A stretch of 63,902 nt of DNA, filler included, from Aduncisulcus paluster (GCA_024181965.1; 6 parts of 6 records of this genome joined end to end with filler, not necessarily neighbours in it); one strand, 5' to 3'. Positions 46,751 through 59,250 are shown, numbered from the whole stretch's first letter. Notes: a model not told the origin generated them from the letters alone. A program made the numbers and translations.

Positions 46751-49558
46751 ATGGGCAAAGACAAATCTACATCAAAAGTATCAAAATCCTCGAAATATGG
46801 GCACAAACGTAAACAAGACGACAAGACTCTCACCTCTGCGTCAGGTCTAAGGTGCAGGTGTTTCTGTGGCAAAGGTGGGTTCGGGGCCGTTTACATTGTG
46901 AGTATTGACGGTGTTTCTCAACCATGTGTTCTGAAGAAACTGGTGCGAGTTGGTGATAAGAACGTGCTCAAAGCGTGTCGCAAGGAGTTTAAGGTCCAAG
47001 TGAAGCTGTTCATGAACCCCAAATGTTTCAACCGTATCCCTCGTCCCATCTACATGCTTGACCTTCTTGACGAGGACTATAAAGGTGTGTATGGGTTTTG
47101 CATGGAGTTTTGTATTGGAGGCAGTGTGAAAGACTTTTCCAGGAGTTGGTGTGTTGGAGGCAAGTATGGACGTGGATGTTCAAGCTGCTGCTCATCAGGA
47201 AACATGGTATGGAAAGATCGTTCTGATGATTTTGAATCTGAATCTGAGGACTCAACCTCTGACTCTGACTCTGACTCAAGTTCCACTCGCATTGACCCCA
47301 TGACGCTTGATCCTCTGAGAGTGAGTGCATTGTGTGTTGGAATGATCGAGTGTCTTTCCGAAGTGTTCAAAGCCAGGCCCGACCTTATTCACCGAGACAT
47401 TAAGCCTGACAACTTCCTTGTTCGTGTTGATCCCGATTCCATGAAATGTACCATTGTTCTCTCTGATCTCGGTCTTGCTCAGATCCAAGACTCCATCTCC
47501 TCTTCCACGACTTCCAAGAGCTTTGTTGATATATCCAAGTCTGAAGATACTGAAGCTAAACACAAACACAAACACAAACACAAACGCTCCATCTGTGGCA
47601 CGCTTGTGTACAACTCTTGTGAAGCTCTCAAAGGAGATCAAAGCCAAGAAAGCGATGCTTACTCACTCGGGCTGACTATCCTTGCAATGTTCAAGGCTCA
47701 GGATCCTTTCCTTCAGCATCCTGTGTTACAATGGATCGATTCCCGGGCAGAATATGTTAAGGAGCTTAGTGATCTCATTTCAAAAGGGATGGGTCCAAAA
47801 CTCTCCAAATCCCGTCTTTTCAGAACTCTAAAAACCATTGAAGATGGTAAGTTCAAGCCTGTTTATTCCTGTCTGAATGAAATATTCGAAGGATTGACAA
47901 AGGTTGACATTGATGAACGTATGAGTGTTCATGAAGCCTGTGAGAAAGTTCAATCCATCAAACCTCTTCTTCCAAAGATTGGAGAAGGGTGGAAATGTCC
48001 ATCCATTGATGATATTGTAAAGGCTCAGCTTGCAAAGCATAAAGGTGATTCTGGATGCATTGTTGAGGAAGATGCTTCAATTCAAAGTGTTGAGTTAAAA
48101 CCAAAATGGGATGATGGTTTGAGTTTGAGTCGTCCATCAGAATCCAAGACACCAAGTGCAAGTTCAAGTGCTTCACAAGAAGAAAGAAAAGAAGAAGAAA
48201 AGGGAAAAGAGGAAGAAGATTTGAGGAAAGAGGTTGATCGTCAAGCCAAAGAGGTTGAAACCTTGAAACTGAAATTAAAGATTGAAGAAGAGAAGAGGAG
48301 GATTGAAGAAGAGAAGAGGAAGAGAGAAGAACTCAAAACAGCTAGACTGATGAGAAAAGTTGATCATCGAGTTATATTTCATCTAGTCGATAAAATTAAG
48401 AAATCCCCTGACTCAGAATCCACTTCCAAACTCTACCATGAACATCGAGATGAGATTCTCTCTGTCTTCCTTGCCTTCCAATCAAAGAGTGAGATTGAAG
48501 AGCACAAGAGAGAGATTGTTCTTTGTGTTCAATGTTTACAATGGTTTGTTGGACATTTTATTTCTGGAAATGATATCTATCTCCCTATTCCTGATCTGGA
48601 TGATCTCATTGACACTTTCATTGGTCATCTATCAAGATGTGAGGAAGTGTTGGAAGGAGATGTTGATGAAGAGTATTGTATGATTTGTATCAAGTATACT
48701 TTCAAAGTTAAAGACAAAAGAGATTCCTTCCTTCCAAAGATCTCCCCCACTTTCCAACGTATTCTTGAGAGAGGAAGTAAGGAGAAGTTGGGAGGTATTG
48801 TTGCTCTAGGTTTATTAATTACTCTTGGTAACATCTCTCTCTCTCCCTCTTCTTCCACTCGATCCTTTATTCTCACCCTCATCAAATCATATGTCAGAGA
48901 TTGGTTGAGGATATACAATGATAGTAAGTGTTATGGACATTGGATGCTTATTCTATCAACAATCACCCTCTCAAGTGATAATTCAACCCCCAACAAATCC
49001 CTCTGTTCTGAAACCTGGCCTCTCTTCCATCCTGTTCTTGATGTTGTTAAGAGAGAGTTTGTTGGGGATAAGATTGTTGAGGATTATCATGAATGGGTTC
49101 TATTCTTCTTCTCCAACTTATGTTGTGATCCATTATATGCTGTTGAAGTGTATGATAATGTTAAGGATCTTCTTGATGGGTGGTTTACAGTTATAAAGAA
49201 GAAAAAACATAAACGGGGAATCAAATACTGGTTTAAAGCTATCCAATCCAAGAGAGCAGGATATGGTATTCCTCTATGGTCCAGACTCATCTCCATGTTC
49301 TCCACTGTTCCATCTCTTATTCCTCAGATATCTCCTAGATTTGATTCAGCCATGAAATGGTGCAATGAGAATGGAAGAATTGAGGATTTATTGAGATTAA
49401 AGCTACTCGAAGCTGATGAATTTCTTGATTTTATTAAAATTAAATCAAAGGATTCAAAAGAAAAAGAAGAAAAGGATGAAGAAAAGGCGTTTTGTACAAT
49501 TTTTGATCACGATTATCAAAGGTTTGTTGATAATTGTAAATACGAAGGAGAGAAGTAG
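46751..49558 (+). CDS. Intronless divergent Ser/Thr protein kinase with coiled coil and helical C-terminal domain
   Basis: GKGGFG, VLKK, HRDIKPDN, DLG (for DFG), CGTLVYNSCE (for APE), DAYSLG, R of subdomain XI. Confidence 0.92.
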   Translation: MGKDKSTSKVSKSSKYGHKRKQDDKTLTSASGLRCRCFCGKGGFGAVYIVSIDGVSQPCVLKKLVRVGDKNVLKACRKEFKVQVKLFMNPKCFNRIPRPIYMLDLLDEDYKGVYGFCMEFCIGGSVKDFSRSWCVGGKYGRGCSSCCSSGNMVWKDRSDDFESESEDSTSDSDSDSSSTRIDPMTLDPLRVSALCVGMIECLSEVFKARPDLIHRDIKPDNFLVRVDPDSMKCTIVLSDLGLAQIQDSISSSTTSKSFVDISKSEDTEAKHKHKHKHKRSICGTLVYNSCEALKGDQSQESDAYSLGLTILAMFKAQDPFLQHPVLQWIDSRAEYVKELSDLISKGMGPKLSKSRLFRTLKTIEDGKFKPVYSCLNEIFEGLTKVDIDERMSVHEACEKVQSIKPLLPKIGEGWKCPSIDDIVKAQLAKHKGDSGCIVEEDASIQSVELKPKWDDGLSLSRPSESKTPSASSSASQEERKEEEKGKEEEDLRKEVDRQAKEVETLKLKLKIEEEKRRIEEEKRKREELKTARLMRKVDHRVIFHLVDKIKKSPDSESTSKLYHEHRDEILSVFLAFQSKSEIEEHKREIVLCVQCLQWFVGHFISGNDIYLPIPDLDDLIDTFIGHLSRCEEVLEGDVDEEYCMICIKYTFKVKDKRDSFLPKISPTFQRILERGSKEKLGGIVALGLLITLGNISLSPSSSTRSFILTLIKSYVRDWLRIYNDSKCYGHWMLILSTITLSSDNSTPNKSLCSETWPLFHPVLDVVKREFVGDKIVEDYHEWVLFFFSNLCCDPLYAVEVYDNVKDLLDGWFTVIKKKKHKRGIKYWFKAIQSKRAGYGIPLWSRLISMFSTVPSLIPQISPRFDSAMKWCNENGRIEDLLRLKLLEADEFLDFIKIKSKDSKEKEEKDEEKAFCTIFDHDYQRFVDNCKYEGEK

Positions 49559-49818
49559 AATAGATAGGCATTAATTTAATAATGTGTCCTCAACATATCT
49601 TTGACAGAATTGGTCAGAAAAGATAGCAGATCTGCCAGATCTAAATGGCTGATCAATCAAAAATCATGATCTAGTCGAATAACAGAAGGGATATCACTCG
49701 TTTCAGGGAGTTTACCCCAGGGCAAAACCAATGCTTCTCTCAATATAATAAATTTAAAATTTGTAAACATCATTTTCTCACGGTATCGCAATATCTCTAT
49801 AGTTACTTGGTAAACTTT

Positions 49819-49837
49819 AAGTTTAGACTCAAACCTC
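49819..49837 (+). repeat. 19-bp direct repeat, right copy
   Basis: Identical to 45691-45709. Confidence 0.9.
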
Positions 49838-49940
49838 GATGTGCATGTCCAATTTTAAGTAAAATTTATTTGCAGTTTTATTATTAATAGTTATCCAAAG
49901 ATATTCTTAGAAGAAAAGGATGAAGAATCTCATTCTCACC

Positions 49941-52900
49941 TCATTCCTTCTTTCTCCTCCTTTTCAATCCTCTTCCAGCAATATTATGTTTGGAGCCCAG
50001 AGTGGAGAGCACAGCACTCATACGTCCCCCAATAATCCCTCTGTAAGCTTCTCTAACCCTTGGCGTTGAGTGGAGAAGAATGCCGGAAATAGATACAAGA
50101 TGGAGGGAAGCAGTGAGAAAGTCTGCGTGAGAAAGAGAATTCAGAGAGTGGATCAGTGTGACACAAATAGATTCCATTTTAGAACCAGAGTATAAGAAAG
50201 GAGAGAATGAGTCAAGAGCGTGTGATAAGAAATCAAGGTAAAATTTAGAGTATTTTGCGTAAGTGGAAGGAGATGAAGAGGGAGAAATTAAAGAGACGAG
50301 AGAAGAAGAGAGAGAGACAAGAACAGGGGTAAGAGACACTGCGAGAGAAGACCCACCCATGGCTGTAGCTCCAGGAGATAGAGCTACAGAGGCTGTTGAT
50401 GAGTGTGTTCTCCGAAGAACGGGTGAATAATCGCCATCTCCAAACACATTATTGGCCAAAGATCCATCTCTCTCACTCTTTGAGAAAGAACCATACGACT
50501 CTTCTCCTCTCTCTTCTCTTCTAACTTCCTCTTCCTCTTCCTCTTCTTCCTCAACTTCTGAAGCCTCACAAGAAGCATTCGCCAGTCTGCTCATTGGTCT
50601 TCTATCTCCTAGTCCTAGTTGTTTGTCAAAACAGTACTGCACGTAGACATTCGTGTATGAGTGGAGAGTATCATCAAGTAAGTGAACAAGGGAATCGTAT
50701 TGCACTTGTGGAATGTCAAGAGAGAGAGAGGAAAGATATGAGAGAAGAAGGAAGGATAGATTGGAGGTATAAAAGGTAACCAGAGGAAGAGGAAGAAGAG
50801 AGAGAAGACGTGAGAGAGAGAGAAGAGGAAGAGGATGAGCCAGACATGGAGGACATTTTGATTAAGGAGGGGAGGGTAGTGGAGAATAATCGTTTCCAGA
50901 GATTGACTACATAGGACCACGTGAAGATGACAGAATCATCATTGGAAGGAGATTGAAGAATAGCAACAGGGTGTATGAGTTCTTCTTGTTCCACAACCAC
51001 AGCAACTTCCTGATCTGATTTCTCTTCTTTCTCAATTTCTTCTTTCTCAATTTCTTCTTTCTCAATTTCTTCTTTCTCAAAATGATCTCTAAATTNNNNN
51101 NNNNNNNNNNNNNNNTCAAGTAAGTGAACAAGGGAATCGTATTGCACTTGTGGAATGTCAAGAGAGAGAGAGAGGAAAGATATGAGAGAAGAAGGAAGGA
51201 TAGATTGGAGGTATAAAAGGTAACCAGAGGAAGAGGAAGAAGAGAGAGAAGACGTGAGAGAGAGAGAAGAGGAAGAGGATGAGCCAGACATGGAGGACAT
51301 TTTGATTAAGGAGGGGAGGGTAGTGGAGAATAATCGTTTCCAGAGATTGACTACATAGGACCACGTGAAGATGACAGAATCATCATTGGAAGGAGATTGA
51401 AGAATAGCAACAGGGTGTATGAGTTCTTCTTGTTCCACAACCACAGCAACTTCCTGATCTGATTTCTCTTCTTTCTCAATTTCTTCTTTCTCAATTTCTT
51501 CTTTCTCAATTTCTTCTTTCTCAAAATGATCTCTAAATTTATCGAATAGATAAACGATGCATTTCAAGACACACTCACCAACTTCTTTTTCTTCTACATA
51601 AACAAGAGAAATAATATGTTCTAAAAATAGACCAACCACATCCTTTGAATAAGGAAGAGCTAAATATATCACATCAACACACATCATGAGAATGTTTTTG
51701 AAGGATGTATGAACCCATGCCTTGTAAGCAGTGAAAGAACAAGAAGTAGATTCGGAGGAAGAAGATGAAAATGATCCATGTTTCTCAGAGTTCCCAAAAT
51801 AGGAATTGGGACAGTGATAATATGGCTCGATCGACTCAAAGAATTCGTCTGTTTCTAACTCATTTTCTGCATTATTGAAAACATCTGCATTACTACCTAT
51901 AAGATCTTCCTTTCCAATTTTCCCCCTTTGTCCGGCTGAAAGTGTGATAGAATCCCGAGAATCTCCAACGATGAGAAAACCAACTGAACCCTTCGAAGAG
52001 TGAGAAGGTGGACGCTTTGAGAATACATCATTTTTACGACCACCATTCCTCGCTGCAATATGAAAGCCTTTTCGGGCATTATCCAAAAGGGGGAAAATAC
52101 AATATTTAATAATCTCATTCCATCCATTTTTCATCATCGACACACAATTTACAATGATCTTACGCATTTCTCGATCTCTATGGGTATGACTGGGCGACAA
52201 GAAGGAGAAGAGAAGAGAGAAGAGAGGAATGGTGAAATGAATAGGAGATTTGTGAGAGAGATATAAAGAGAATCGAGGGAAAACAATTACACGTGTTTGA
52301 AGTGTAGATGAATCATCCAAACCATCTTTGGAGCCAAAATCATTATCATTACAAGTCATTGTAGAATAATGTTGATATCCCGTTTCCTCCTCTTCTTTCC
52401 CTTCACAAGCTGATATCCCTTCTCTTGAAGCTGATATACACTCAATAAAGTCCTCTTCTTCCTTCAAAGAGGCTCCACTGTGTCGCCATACACATAGGTT
52501 CTCGACACCACATAACTCACACACTAAAATGCACTGACATATACAATTAATGACCTCTTTCCTCTCCCTTTCTTTCTCAGAATGTGTATATAAATGGAAC
52601 ATAAACTCTACAAAGTGGAAGAGTTCATCTTGTGAGCAAACAGATATAAATAATGATTCACTGATTAATCGGTGACAGAAAGAAAAGATTACATTTGACA
52701 TGTTGCGCTCAACTTTTCCCAAAATAACCGTTTCTTGGAATTTCTTTGACTTCTTCGACTTCTTCTTGTGAGAAGATCGACTCCCGGTTTCCCTTGATTT
52801 CCCTTGCATATGACTTCCATCAACTCCATGTGTGGATTCACCGGCAGATGATCTCTTTTCTTTCTTCTTCTCCTTCTTCTTGTGCATTTGAAGGGCAGTG

Positions 52901-53513
52901 TGTACAGCCGTAAGAGTGTTAATAATGAACGAAAAACTGATTGTCGGAGGTGCCAATGTCTGAGTTGAACTTGTTAGCAAAGCACGAGATGACGTCATAT
53001 CATCACAGCATAAATCCTCTTCAAACTCACCCAAACATGCAGATTCATCACCATCAGTTGTCTCTCTCACTGAACTTGATGAAGCCTTACTCATGGGTTT
53101 TTCAGAGTGAGAAGAATGATGTATTCTAAATGGCAGGGCAACTGAACCTGTTCGACCAGTTGGACCTCTTGTAGAAGCTGTCTGATAAGCAGTCGTTGAA
53201 AGAGATAGAGAAGAATATGAGGATTGTATGGAGAGAGTTGATGGGGCTTGGTGCATAATTCCAGAGTTACTGGGATGTTTCTGATGACTGATATTTCCAG
53301 TTCCGGTTGTTCTGTTCGTCCCAATGCGTTCGGAAGCAATGTCATCACGATCACTATTGTCATGACCATCCAAGAAGACAGCATCAACATCTATTCCAGA
53401 AGAAGTACGGGCATGGTTATTCGGAGCAAGAGAGAAAGAAGAGGAAGATGCATGATGTCCATGATGCGTGGAAATGGCATTGGAATCACGGGAAGATCTA
53501 ACATTTCCAACAA
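49941..53513 (-). CDS. C-terminal (HDS) part of a BIG/Sec7-family large Arf-GEF-like protein; 5'-truncated; split in two by gap duplication 50674-51095 = 51116-~51540
   Basis: QDELFHFVEFM...RKEVINCICQC, W..T+...+L....DV, E.EVGECVLKCIVYL...F...W..+...+..LFSTTLP resemble BIG1/2 HDS repeats. Removing the duplicated block fuses the two ORFs. Confidence 0.65.
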
Positions 53514-53613
53514 NNNNNNNNNNNNNNNNNNNNNNNNNNNNNNNNNNNNNNNNNNNNTTAATTAATTAANNNNNNNNNNNNNNNNNNNNNNNNNNNNNNN
53601 NNNNNNNNNNNNN

Positions 53614-54358
53614 TCAATTGCCTTGTATGTGAAAAAGTATGTACAAGTTACTGTTCGTCAAAAGATATGGAAATACATGAGTAATAGGGACCTAAAAGCT
53701 GGAGTGAATGGCTTTTGTCGAGAATATTCTCAATCTTTCATCGATGCATTGATTATTTCCCAAAAGAAACAGTTTTGTCCTGAATGGTTGGTGAAATTAA
53801 AAGGATTCCTTCAAATATTTGAGGATGACGATTTTTCTTTAATGCCAAATCTCTTGAAAAAAGAAAGAAAAACATGATCGAAACTCTCAAGACATATCGA
53901 AAGGTTTGGATATTTAATATATCATCAATTAAAAAGGGAGAAGAGTCAATATACAGACTACCGAAAATGAGAGAGACATCAACATTGGTAGAGAGAGGTA
54001 GATTTGATGAATACAAATCTTATTTAGCCAGTGAAAAGAGAAAGCCTGAAATGATGAAGGTATTTGAAGCTGATCTAAAAAGATATTTTGACTTTTGTAG
54101 ATCGATTCCCCCATCTGGGGCAGCTGTAGAAAGATGTTTTTCTCTATATGGAATGGTAAATCACCAATACAGGAGAAGAATGAAGAGTGAAACAAAAGAA
54201 TCTTCAGTTTTATTGTATTTTAATAAATAAATGTCTTAAATTAACGTCAACTATGTTGATAATTTATTCAAAAATACCTAAAAATAGTTCAGTACCTCAG
54301 TACCTAATTTCCAAATCACAGTACCATTTCAGTACGTACTGAAAAATTAAAGACCCTG
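53614..54358 (+). mobile_element. hAT transposon 3' remnant: frameshifted transposase, CAGTAC subterminal repeats, probable TIR ending ...AAAGACCCTG
   Basis: SIPPSGAAVERCFS...RRRMKSET is the hAT catalytic-E/dimerisation motif. Palindrome TTCAGTACGTACTGAA at 54328-54343; CAGGG-type terminus. Confidence 0.75.
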
Positions 54359-54361
54359 GTG

Positions 54362-54470
54362 TCTATATATTGACCAATAAAATGGTCAACAAATATTGAC
54401 CATTTTTGGGTCCATGTTTATTGACTAAAAAAAAATGGGAACCATTTTCTGACCATAACTCGCTGTTGTG
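54362..54470 (-). mobile_element. Isolated left end of a second copy of the TGACCA-repeat element, terminus CACAACAGCGAG
   Basis: Reverse complement of 55744-55860 apart from a short indel and terminal substitutions. Confidence 0.8.
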
Positions 54471-55484
54471 TCCTCTTACCGGTTCGAGCCGGCAACCTAC
54501 GTGAAAAATAATTTCGGAAAATTATTAGACGTTATATACGTTAAACTTTTTAGGCTGATCCAAAATCTCTCAGAGTTTGTTCCTCTGAAAAAGACAACAT
54601 GCTATGATTTATCTCATTCTATTTCAAGGAGAAAGGTTATAGATATTAGAAAATATGCCCTATTTGGGATGTATTCGGTCATTCTGGACAAAAGTTGTCA
54701 TCGGGGTAAAAACATTCTTGCTATTATGGCTTACTCAGAAAAAGGCACCTTCGCCGGCACGGCTATTAGATGGGATTCACTGATAAGAGAATTTGAAAAA
54801 ATAACATACGTCTGGGATGATCTCTTATGCACATTAAAAAAGGTAAAAGAACCTTCCGAAGAGAGCAAATTCTGTGTCCAATTTCTAGAGAATAATAGTT
54901 ACAAAAACTTCTTAAATAGTCTTCAAAACGAATTTATTCCATTAGCTTTGAAAGCAGTTAAATTGTCTCGATTAAGTTCTCCAAAGGTTTCGGCACTACA
55001 CAAAATAGACCATTTTCAAGCAAGGATGACAAGAGATTGGTTCTCATCCGAGATTGGAGAAAAAACATTTAAAGACGCTTTCAATCATTTAAGAAGAGTT
55101 TTAAAGATATACTATGCAGTTGTTGCATTCACTCCATCATCATGGGATGAAAAAATGACCTTTAAGCGAAAAAAGATTATAAAAGGGATTAAGGCAGCAA
55201 ATATTAATATATCAGAGCGTCAAAAGCAAATTTTAAAAGAGTATTGTAAAAAAATAATTAAAAATAAGAAGATAAATGTAGAAAAAGATTATAGAATGCT
55301 CCATACTATTTCATCTCAATTAAAGAGTATAATATTATCAGGAGCAAGCGTAGAACGATATTTTACATATGTACATCAATTAAATCGTGCCGAGAGAGCA
55401 AGTCAACATGTTGATACATTAATGTCAAATGCCATGTTAAAATATGCCAATGATCAATTAATCAGCAAAAATAAAATAAAGTAA
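54468..55484 (+). mobile_element. Internally deleted hAT transposase
   Basis: SVILDKS (first catalytic D) lies only ~25 aa before AIRWDS (TRW motif); C-terminal SGASVERYF...R. Confidence 0.75.
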
Positions 55485-55743
55485 TATTATACATTTAATT
55501 TGCATCACTTATTATAAAGAATATATTGAGATTTACGAAAACACAATCACTTTTTCTAATGAAGTGGTTTTCAACGAATGGAAATTTTTATTGATTTTTT
55601 CAATATACTATTTTAGAATATTGATTATTTATAATTTCAAATAATGAATTTCGTCCTGCAAAACATAGTGGTTCCATCAATTATTGACCTTGGGTATAAA
55701 CCAAAAAAGTAGAATAAATATATTAAGAATTAATGAATGGTTA

Positions 55744-58700
55744 CATGGTGGCGAGTTATGGTCAGAAAATGGTCGACCTTGACCATTTCCCATTTTTTTT
55801 AGTCAATAAACATGGACCCAAAAATGGTCAATATTTGTTGACCATTTTATTGGTCAATATTTAGAGATCATTTTATGGTCCATGTTTATTGACTATAATA
55901 TTGGTCTTCAATAGATGACCATATTTGGTCATCAAATGGTCAATATCAGTGAACGAGATCTTCTCCCTGAATTTACAATTTCTTTCACTTAAATTATAAT
56001 AATCAAAATAATATAAAATAAAAACAAACAAAAAAAACAAGATGCCTGGTGACAGAGTCGCCAGAGGCTAAACAAAAAAGACAGACGAGGGCAACAACAC
56101 CGGAATTAATCGAATAAACCAAGTCTTACGCTCCCCCGGGTTGATCAGACCCAGGGGAACTGCTTTTATAATATATTATGTGCCCAAAACCAAAGCCCGC
56201 AATTGTGAGATTCACACCGAAAGGTTAATGTGGGAAATGTTAGAATGTAAATTAAGATTAAAGGTATAATAAATAGTTAATATTTTATTTTTGTGCATGA
56301 ATTATTGATAATATGCTCATGTTAAGAGATCAGAAATAAGATCTGGAATTAAGAAGTCAGATGGATATTATAAAACATATTATTAATAAATATTTCTAAT
56401 ATACTTAAATTTATTATTTATTCTTCTTCTGCTAATCCTTTTCCCTGACATTGGTGAAATTTGAAAAAGACTGATTTCTCCTTGGTTGTTATAATAAAAT
56501 TTTTTATTATAGCGTTTTTATTGTTTGCAAGACAATTTATTACCATTAAGACCTGTTTTATTAATTTATTATTATTTATTTAAGAACTTTCCAGAGATTA
56601 CATATACTACTGCAGAAGATTTTGAAGACCCAGGAGATGTGAACAATTCAAATAAACAAGCTATACTATACTCCATTTCCACTTGAATATCCAATAGGAC
56701 TCCCGAGTTGTGTAGAACTGCCTCAAGGGTGTAATTGGAAATATGAGAAGAATGGCTTGATATATGAGTAAAAATGAATTGAACATTGGATATATGGTTT
56801 AAAGTCAAAATAATTGCAGAATATCTCTTGAGAGATCGATTTTCACGAGTTTTTCTGACTCTACAATATATGTGGGAAGAGATTGAGAAGAATCATGACT
56901 ATTAATATCTGAGTATTCTTCACCCATTATAATTTGCTCTTATTGATATTTTTCATTTGTTGTTGGGGGTCCAAACATAACTTCTTTGATACATGTCACA
57001 TCATCGATATTTATCGGGAATTCCAACGGCAAGGCAAGGATTTTGTATTTAGTGTTTTATAGAAAATAATAAAAAAATCATTTTTTTTGAACAGGGCAAC
57101 CTGGGTGTCTTTGGTATGCTAGAGGGGTAAGCTCTCATAATATGATATTTTTTTTGTTTAGCTTCTAATATTTTCAGAAATTAAACCGACAAAAAAAAGT
57201 AAACATCATCGTAGAGCAATTCTAATGCCGTTTTTGAGCACTACTCAGGAGGTCGGTATTTATTAAGGTAATATCAAAACTAAATAATATATATATATAT
57301 ATATATATTAAGTTAAATTGCTTATTAGTTCCGGAGATATTTTGTACTTTATTCTCATTCCAAAAAGTTGCTGATTCGAAGTGTTTGTTTTTGTCAAAAA
57401 TAATAGATTATATTAAAAAAAATCAAAGTAATCATGATATTAGATACTATCCAATATACTTTTTGTATTATTTATCATGTCCAAGACAATATGTCTATTC
57501 CCAAATGTGTTGTCACTTAAGCATTGATGATTCCGTTGAAAGATCCGAAGCATGGAAAAGAAAAGCTTTAGTTGGGACTGAAAATGTTGGAATCATTTCT
57601 TTTTCTGATGACACTCCCCTAACAGCTTGGGCATATAATCCAATGATGGTTTGCTCAGTGACTCTGGCCAATTTTAATCCTTCCTTCAGGCAAACTCTTG
57701 CCAGTAGGTTTATCCTTTGTCTTACACCTGGAGGAAGTATAGAAGACAAGTCTCGTGATATTGAGAATTATATTACAAGTGAAATCGAAAGGTGTAATCA
57801 AATTTTTGTGTTTCATTCCGTTCTCGAACGTCGAGTGAGATTGAATTGTTTCCATTATTGCCACAAATCAGATTCGCCACAACGTCATGAGCATCTTAAA
57901 ATCCCAAAACCTTCTGGACGATGTTTTCTTAAGTGTTCTTTATGCTCACCGAGATTCATTGCATCTGTTTAGTCCTGCTCCTTCACGTGTTGTTGAAAAT
58001 CCTTTTGACACACTGCCTCTTCCTCCTGACTTGTTACATATGGAGGGAAGAACCATGTTAAAGCTTGTTATTCCGCTTTATATCGCCGGCTTTAATAGAA
58101 AAGAAGTATATACATCTGTGTTAGAAGATATAAATAATTACAAAAGTGAACGTAATTTATCATTGCTACATTATTCCTCTTGGTCAGCACATCACTTTTA
58201 TGAAGTCTGTTCATTACTACCTTGTTTATGTGCTCATTATGGTCTTTCAGATAATCTTGTGAATGCTGCATGTTATAGAGCTGAGTATCAATATCTAATC
58301 TTTCGAAATTACAACAAGTGGATTGATGACAAGACCACTACTATAAGAAGGATTGTGTCATTGATGAAAAAGCACCGTCGATGTTTAATTGAAGCTGGTA
58401 TGAGTTCCACTGCCCTTTGTGTCCATATATTTCCCATGCATTTGGAAAAGATCATAGAACACTATGGAACATTCCAAATCACAGACACAGATACAGATGA
58501 ACGGCTTAATGGGTACATTCGTGAAAAGGCATCATCTGGATCCATCAGATCATATATTCCACTTGGGATAACGAGTCAAAATGGACTACATTCTTATAAG
58601 GTAACTGTTTATGAGAATGTAGGTCCAAGAGACCCAGGATGGAACCCAAGCCCTGGTGTCTGGTGTATGATAAAGGTGAATCAAGATGAACAATATTTTG

Positions 58701-59198
58701 TTAAGATACTTAAGAAAGAGGAACTGCCCGACAGAATCAAATCCAACATCATTTCTACGATGATTTCTTCTATTGATAGCCATCCTTCTTCAAAATTCTT
58801 TTTTGTGCAATATTATAAGGCCAAAGAAATTGATGAGGTTACAGGAGACATCATTCTCACTGTATGGGAAGAAGATGAAGGAGATTCATTCGGAGTTGAA
58901 GCTCAAGGTTCTTTATGGTGTGAAGTTAAAGTAATTGTGAATAGAATTATAAAATATCATAATCAAAATAAAGAGTGTTTTTAGTAATTTATTGAATAAA
59001 AAATATCTATAAATAGCTTCTATTTTTTATGAAAAATTTTGATCATGACCATTTTCTGACCGTTGACCAAAACTTGACCAACTTTGATCAAAAAAGATTG
59101 ACCATTTTTGAATATGACCAATTCTTGACCAAATAATGGTCACAGATTTTGGTCAAGAATTGGTCATGACCATTTTCTGACCATACCTCGCCACCATG
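55744..59198 (+). mobile_element. CACTA/Plavaka-like DNA transposon, 3455 bp, 31-bp TIRs, flanked by TA
   Basis: TIR CATGGTGGCGAG(T/G)TATGGTCAGAAAATGGTC at 55744-55774 and 59168-59198 (one mismatch). Dense TGACCA/TGGTCA subterminal repeats at both ends; TA at 55742-43 and 59199-200. Confidence 0.85.
57500..58984 (+). pseudogene. Frameshifted CMC-clan (Plavaka/EnSpm-like) transposase
   Basis: IISFSDDT, VTLANF...R, KSDSPQR...G...CSLC, then +1 frame PDLLH...G, H...H....I..YG....DT...ERLN. Confidence 0.7.
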
Positions 59199-59250
59199 TA
59201 TTATTTATATGTTGAAAGTATTATTAATATCACCGGCCATTCATTGAATC

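Noticed and set aside
45710..49818. Terminal inverted repeats on the kinase cassette
   Set aside because: Only a gapped, low-identity ATATTG..GATA..GTGA resemblance in AT-rich DNA; not supportable by eye.
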